Positions 61,013 through 64,000 of a DNA stretch of 64,000 bases are shown here, piece by piece. The translations under genes were made by a program, and so were the position numbers. The DNA is from Vicugna vicugna. Lineage: Eukaryota. Numbering within the stretch: position 1 is the first letter of the stretch; every line of letters starts with the position of its first letter. The DNA is taken from assembly GCA_013265495.1 (NCBI GenBank), contig MU057801.1, forward strand, positions 930,001-994,000. The letters run 5' to 3'. The notes under the pieces were generated by a model that worked only from the letters and a program-made list of their open reading frames with translations, was not told the DNA's origin and searched no databases.

Positions 61013-64000
61013 ACACACCTTTCAAGAAAAACAAATGGTGGGGCCATGCTAGTGAGAGAGAAGCAAGAAATCAAGTGTGATGTCACATGAACCATCAGGT
61101 GCAAAGGTCCTTCACTGGGTCTGGAGCTGCAGAGAAGAGCAGGCCTGGGGGAGAGGCACGGCTGTCGTCAGAGGGGCTACTCGTAAACCGGATGCCCGGT
61201 GATCATTCTTAAATGCTTCATTCTGCCATTTTTAATCTCACTCATTATTGAATCATTCATAATGATTTATATGACATTGACTTTTTTCAAAAATCTTGAC
61301 TAACTCTTTGACAAGAGATTAATAAAGAGTGAGACTTCAGATGTCAAGTTTTTATGAGCAAAAGTGTCCAAGGCCGTCTGTATCTCTAGATGGGGATTCT
61401 TGGCTGCATTCACCAGACTCTCCAGAGACTGAAAAGCAATTGTTTAGCTGGGCAGAGAGAGCGGAGCTGAATTAAATTGACCTGCATGCTACAGAAAGTG
61501 GCACTGAGTACATTTAAGGAAGGGGTCTCTGAAAGAAATCTATTTTATTGCAGCTGAGTGCTGAAATTATTTTAAGGAAGTGATTATCTGGCTAATCATT
61601 TAAAGCCCACGAATGATGTCAGCATGTAAAATTCAGACAGACTGGGAGAACAACAGTCTTGGTCTTAAATAAATGGCTAAATGCATCCTCGTTTCCTTCT
61701 GTGATTTTTTTTTTCTTTTCACAAACATGAATTCGACTGCCTTCAAAAGCCAGTTCTCATGCCTACATCCTGAAAAGAGAAGACATTTCCATTTGTAGCA
61801 GAATGCCAGCGCCTCTTCGTCAGACCCACACACGCACCTGAAAGCACTTTTGTTTCGAATATATCATTATTCCTCTGCAGGAAGATCTGGCACGATTCTC
61901 TTGATTTGGTGACGTTTTAAGCCTGTCTTTAATTTCAGATAACTTTATTAGAACCCCTAGAGAGGAGAGTGGATACAGCAGGGAAAGGTAGTGCTCACGA
62001 TAAGAAAGGCCAGGGCGCGCTGAGACGCTTTCAAGGCGGGTTTCTTTCTGGCCGGAGTTATTAACTCTAATATGAAGTCTGAGTCTTTTCACCACTTAGG
62101 CAGAGAATGAACAAACGTGGCTTTAAAAACCCTCCGCAGCCTTTTAGGTCTGCCCGCATGCACACATGTGACTGTTGGATCACCGTGGTCGCGGTCAAGG
62201 TGAAGCCAAGCCCTCCCGTGGAAAGGCTTCCTCTCATGGGCTTCTCCCAAAGTCAGTGTTAACTGGAAAGGCAGCCCCTTTTTCTCCCTCTTCAAAGGGA
62301 CCTTTATGTACTAACTCACTCCCACCTACTGTGCATGTAAATTATTCATCAGTGATACGGCCTCTATTTAGGACTTTGATCCTTTCCTTTTCCTGGATGC
62401 CCCAAGGAGCCTGATAAGGCCCGCGAGTTATCGGAGAGCCTTTGATCGCCTCACAAATGATATTTTGTGGTGGAATATCTGGCCCCCCTCCAGAGCTGCA
62501 GCACGGATGGGAAGGGGGCTGAGTTCGGGGATGCTCAGGGGTCCATCTCCTGGCATCAAACCGTTTTCAAGACACAATGGGATGGGGACCGAAGCGGGCA
62601 CACTTCTCCCCTCCCCGGGGACTGTTCGCACACAACAATGAACGGCCCCCCAGACAGCCGTCCCAGCAGGCGGGGCAGCGTCACAGTGGTTCAGAGGTAC
62701 AGTTCTCCAGAACTGGGTTCAGAGGACTCACACCGTCAAGGTCATGTGTCTGTGTATGGAGACTCAGAATCCTTCAAAGTCATTTGGGGGAGAAAATGAT
62801 GGATGAATGAGGAACAGAGCCCTACCCCTCATATTATCTTCTCCTCTCACGAGGTAAAAATGAGCTTTTCCTTGTCAAATGGAGTGAAATGTAGGGCAGA
62901 GAAAATGCTGAAAAGAAGAGGGAAAGGTCTGCATTTCTCACGGCCCTGAGCTGGTTCCTTCCTGCAGTTTGTCACTGAACTCTAAGTGACTGGCTCTGCG
63001 TCTCCTGCCTCCGTGTCTGGCATTGAAGCTTCAGGTGCTCCCAGTTTAGAGACCAAGGACATGGACTCCCTCTCATAATGGCGGTGTAAACCACTTTGCA
63101 TTAAGTAGGAATAATAACCTTTTTGAAAAGAGTGTGTCACAATAATTACGTTTCTTGTGGCTTTGCTTTCTTCCGCATCACATGAGCAAACACATCAGCC
63201 TCACCTGAATGGATGAGAGGAGGGCCTGTTTCCACTGAGGGCTGTTCTGAGATGTAAACACATCCAAGCAAGGAGTCCTTCCTCGTGTCATGGCGACCGG
63301 GGTTCTAGGCACGGAAACAGCTGATTCCACCCACTATGTGGGATCTGCTCGTGCCTCTTCTTTCTCAGTTGATTGGGAAGCCAGACGGGCAGGAGTATTT
63401 ACCCCACCCCTGTCCTGTCTGATGTCTGAGATGTTGTCCATATTTCCACTGTCCCTTCTATTCATTTCTTTGTCTTTTTATTCGACTGAAGGTGATGTCC
63501 AATGAAATGTTAATTCTTTAACTGGGGAGCTAAACTTTAAAAAGGGTTTTAGTACTAGCTCAATATAGGTTTCCTCATTCTGGGAAGAAGCCTTTTCCAA
63601 TGCATTTCAAATCCATTTTTAGAATTTCAAAGTAAAGCCTGGTAATGTTTTTCAATGATACATTCAAAATTCAACGATAACATCCCCAGTGTGGTCTGTT
63701 TTGAATCAGGTTACCTGGTCAGCTTAGTTTAAAATTGATCTCACAAGTGGTTTGAAGCGCATTTCGCCAAATGTTTATATCTAATGAGATATTTAGGGGA
63801 CAGATCATTTTTTATATCTTGAACGGCCTGATGTACAAATCAGCTCATCTCTAGAAAGCAGAGGAAGTCACTTTAATTTGGCGAAGTGGAACAGATTATT
63901 GGAATCTTTTCATGTTTTCTGATAGTATGTCAAAAAGAAATCGCCTCGATGTCCCAGGAAGCAAAAATCATGAACTAACATGCACATACACACTCCCCTA

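Noticed and set aside
1..64000. CRISPR array, operon or other prokaryote-type system; assignment to a named gene locus
   Set aside because: No repeat-spacer array or gene-dense structure; the DNA is mammalian, and no exon was recognised that would identify the locus

Overview
This is mammalian non-coding genomic DNA, most likely from a camelid. Five copies of a tRNA-Ala-derived SINE with an AAATAAAT..AAACCTAATTACC tail resemble the camelid vic-1 family. I found no credible protein-coding gene, intact RNA gene or CRISPR array. The ORF track is chance ORFs in GC-rich DNA plus decayed L1 ORF2 pieces. The window is a mosaic of old eutherian repeats (L1M, L2, MIR, MLT1/MaLR, LTR16-like ERVL LTRs, MER21, MER3, MER96B) and younger L1 3' ends and SINEs. 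Between them are repeat-poor blocks rich in homeodomain, TCF and GATA motifs (largest ~28.0-35.4 kb; others ~5.1-5.6, 7.9-8.7, 21.3-21.9, 47.3-48.7, 61.2-62.4 kb) and two CpG-island-like patches with no ORF (23.6-24.5, 34.5-35.1 kb). This looks like a gene desert or large intron in the regulatory domain of a developmental gene, but I cannot identify the locus. There is a 178-N gap, and two or three likely assembly artefacts. Repeat family names come from my recollection of consensus sequences and boundaries are approximate. Conservation was not measured. I see no evidence of a novel coding system; the best leads are regulatory.
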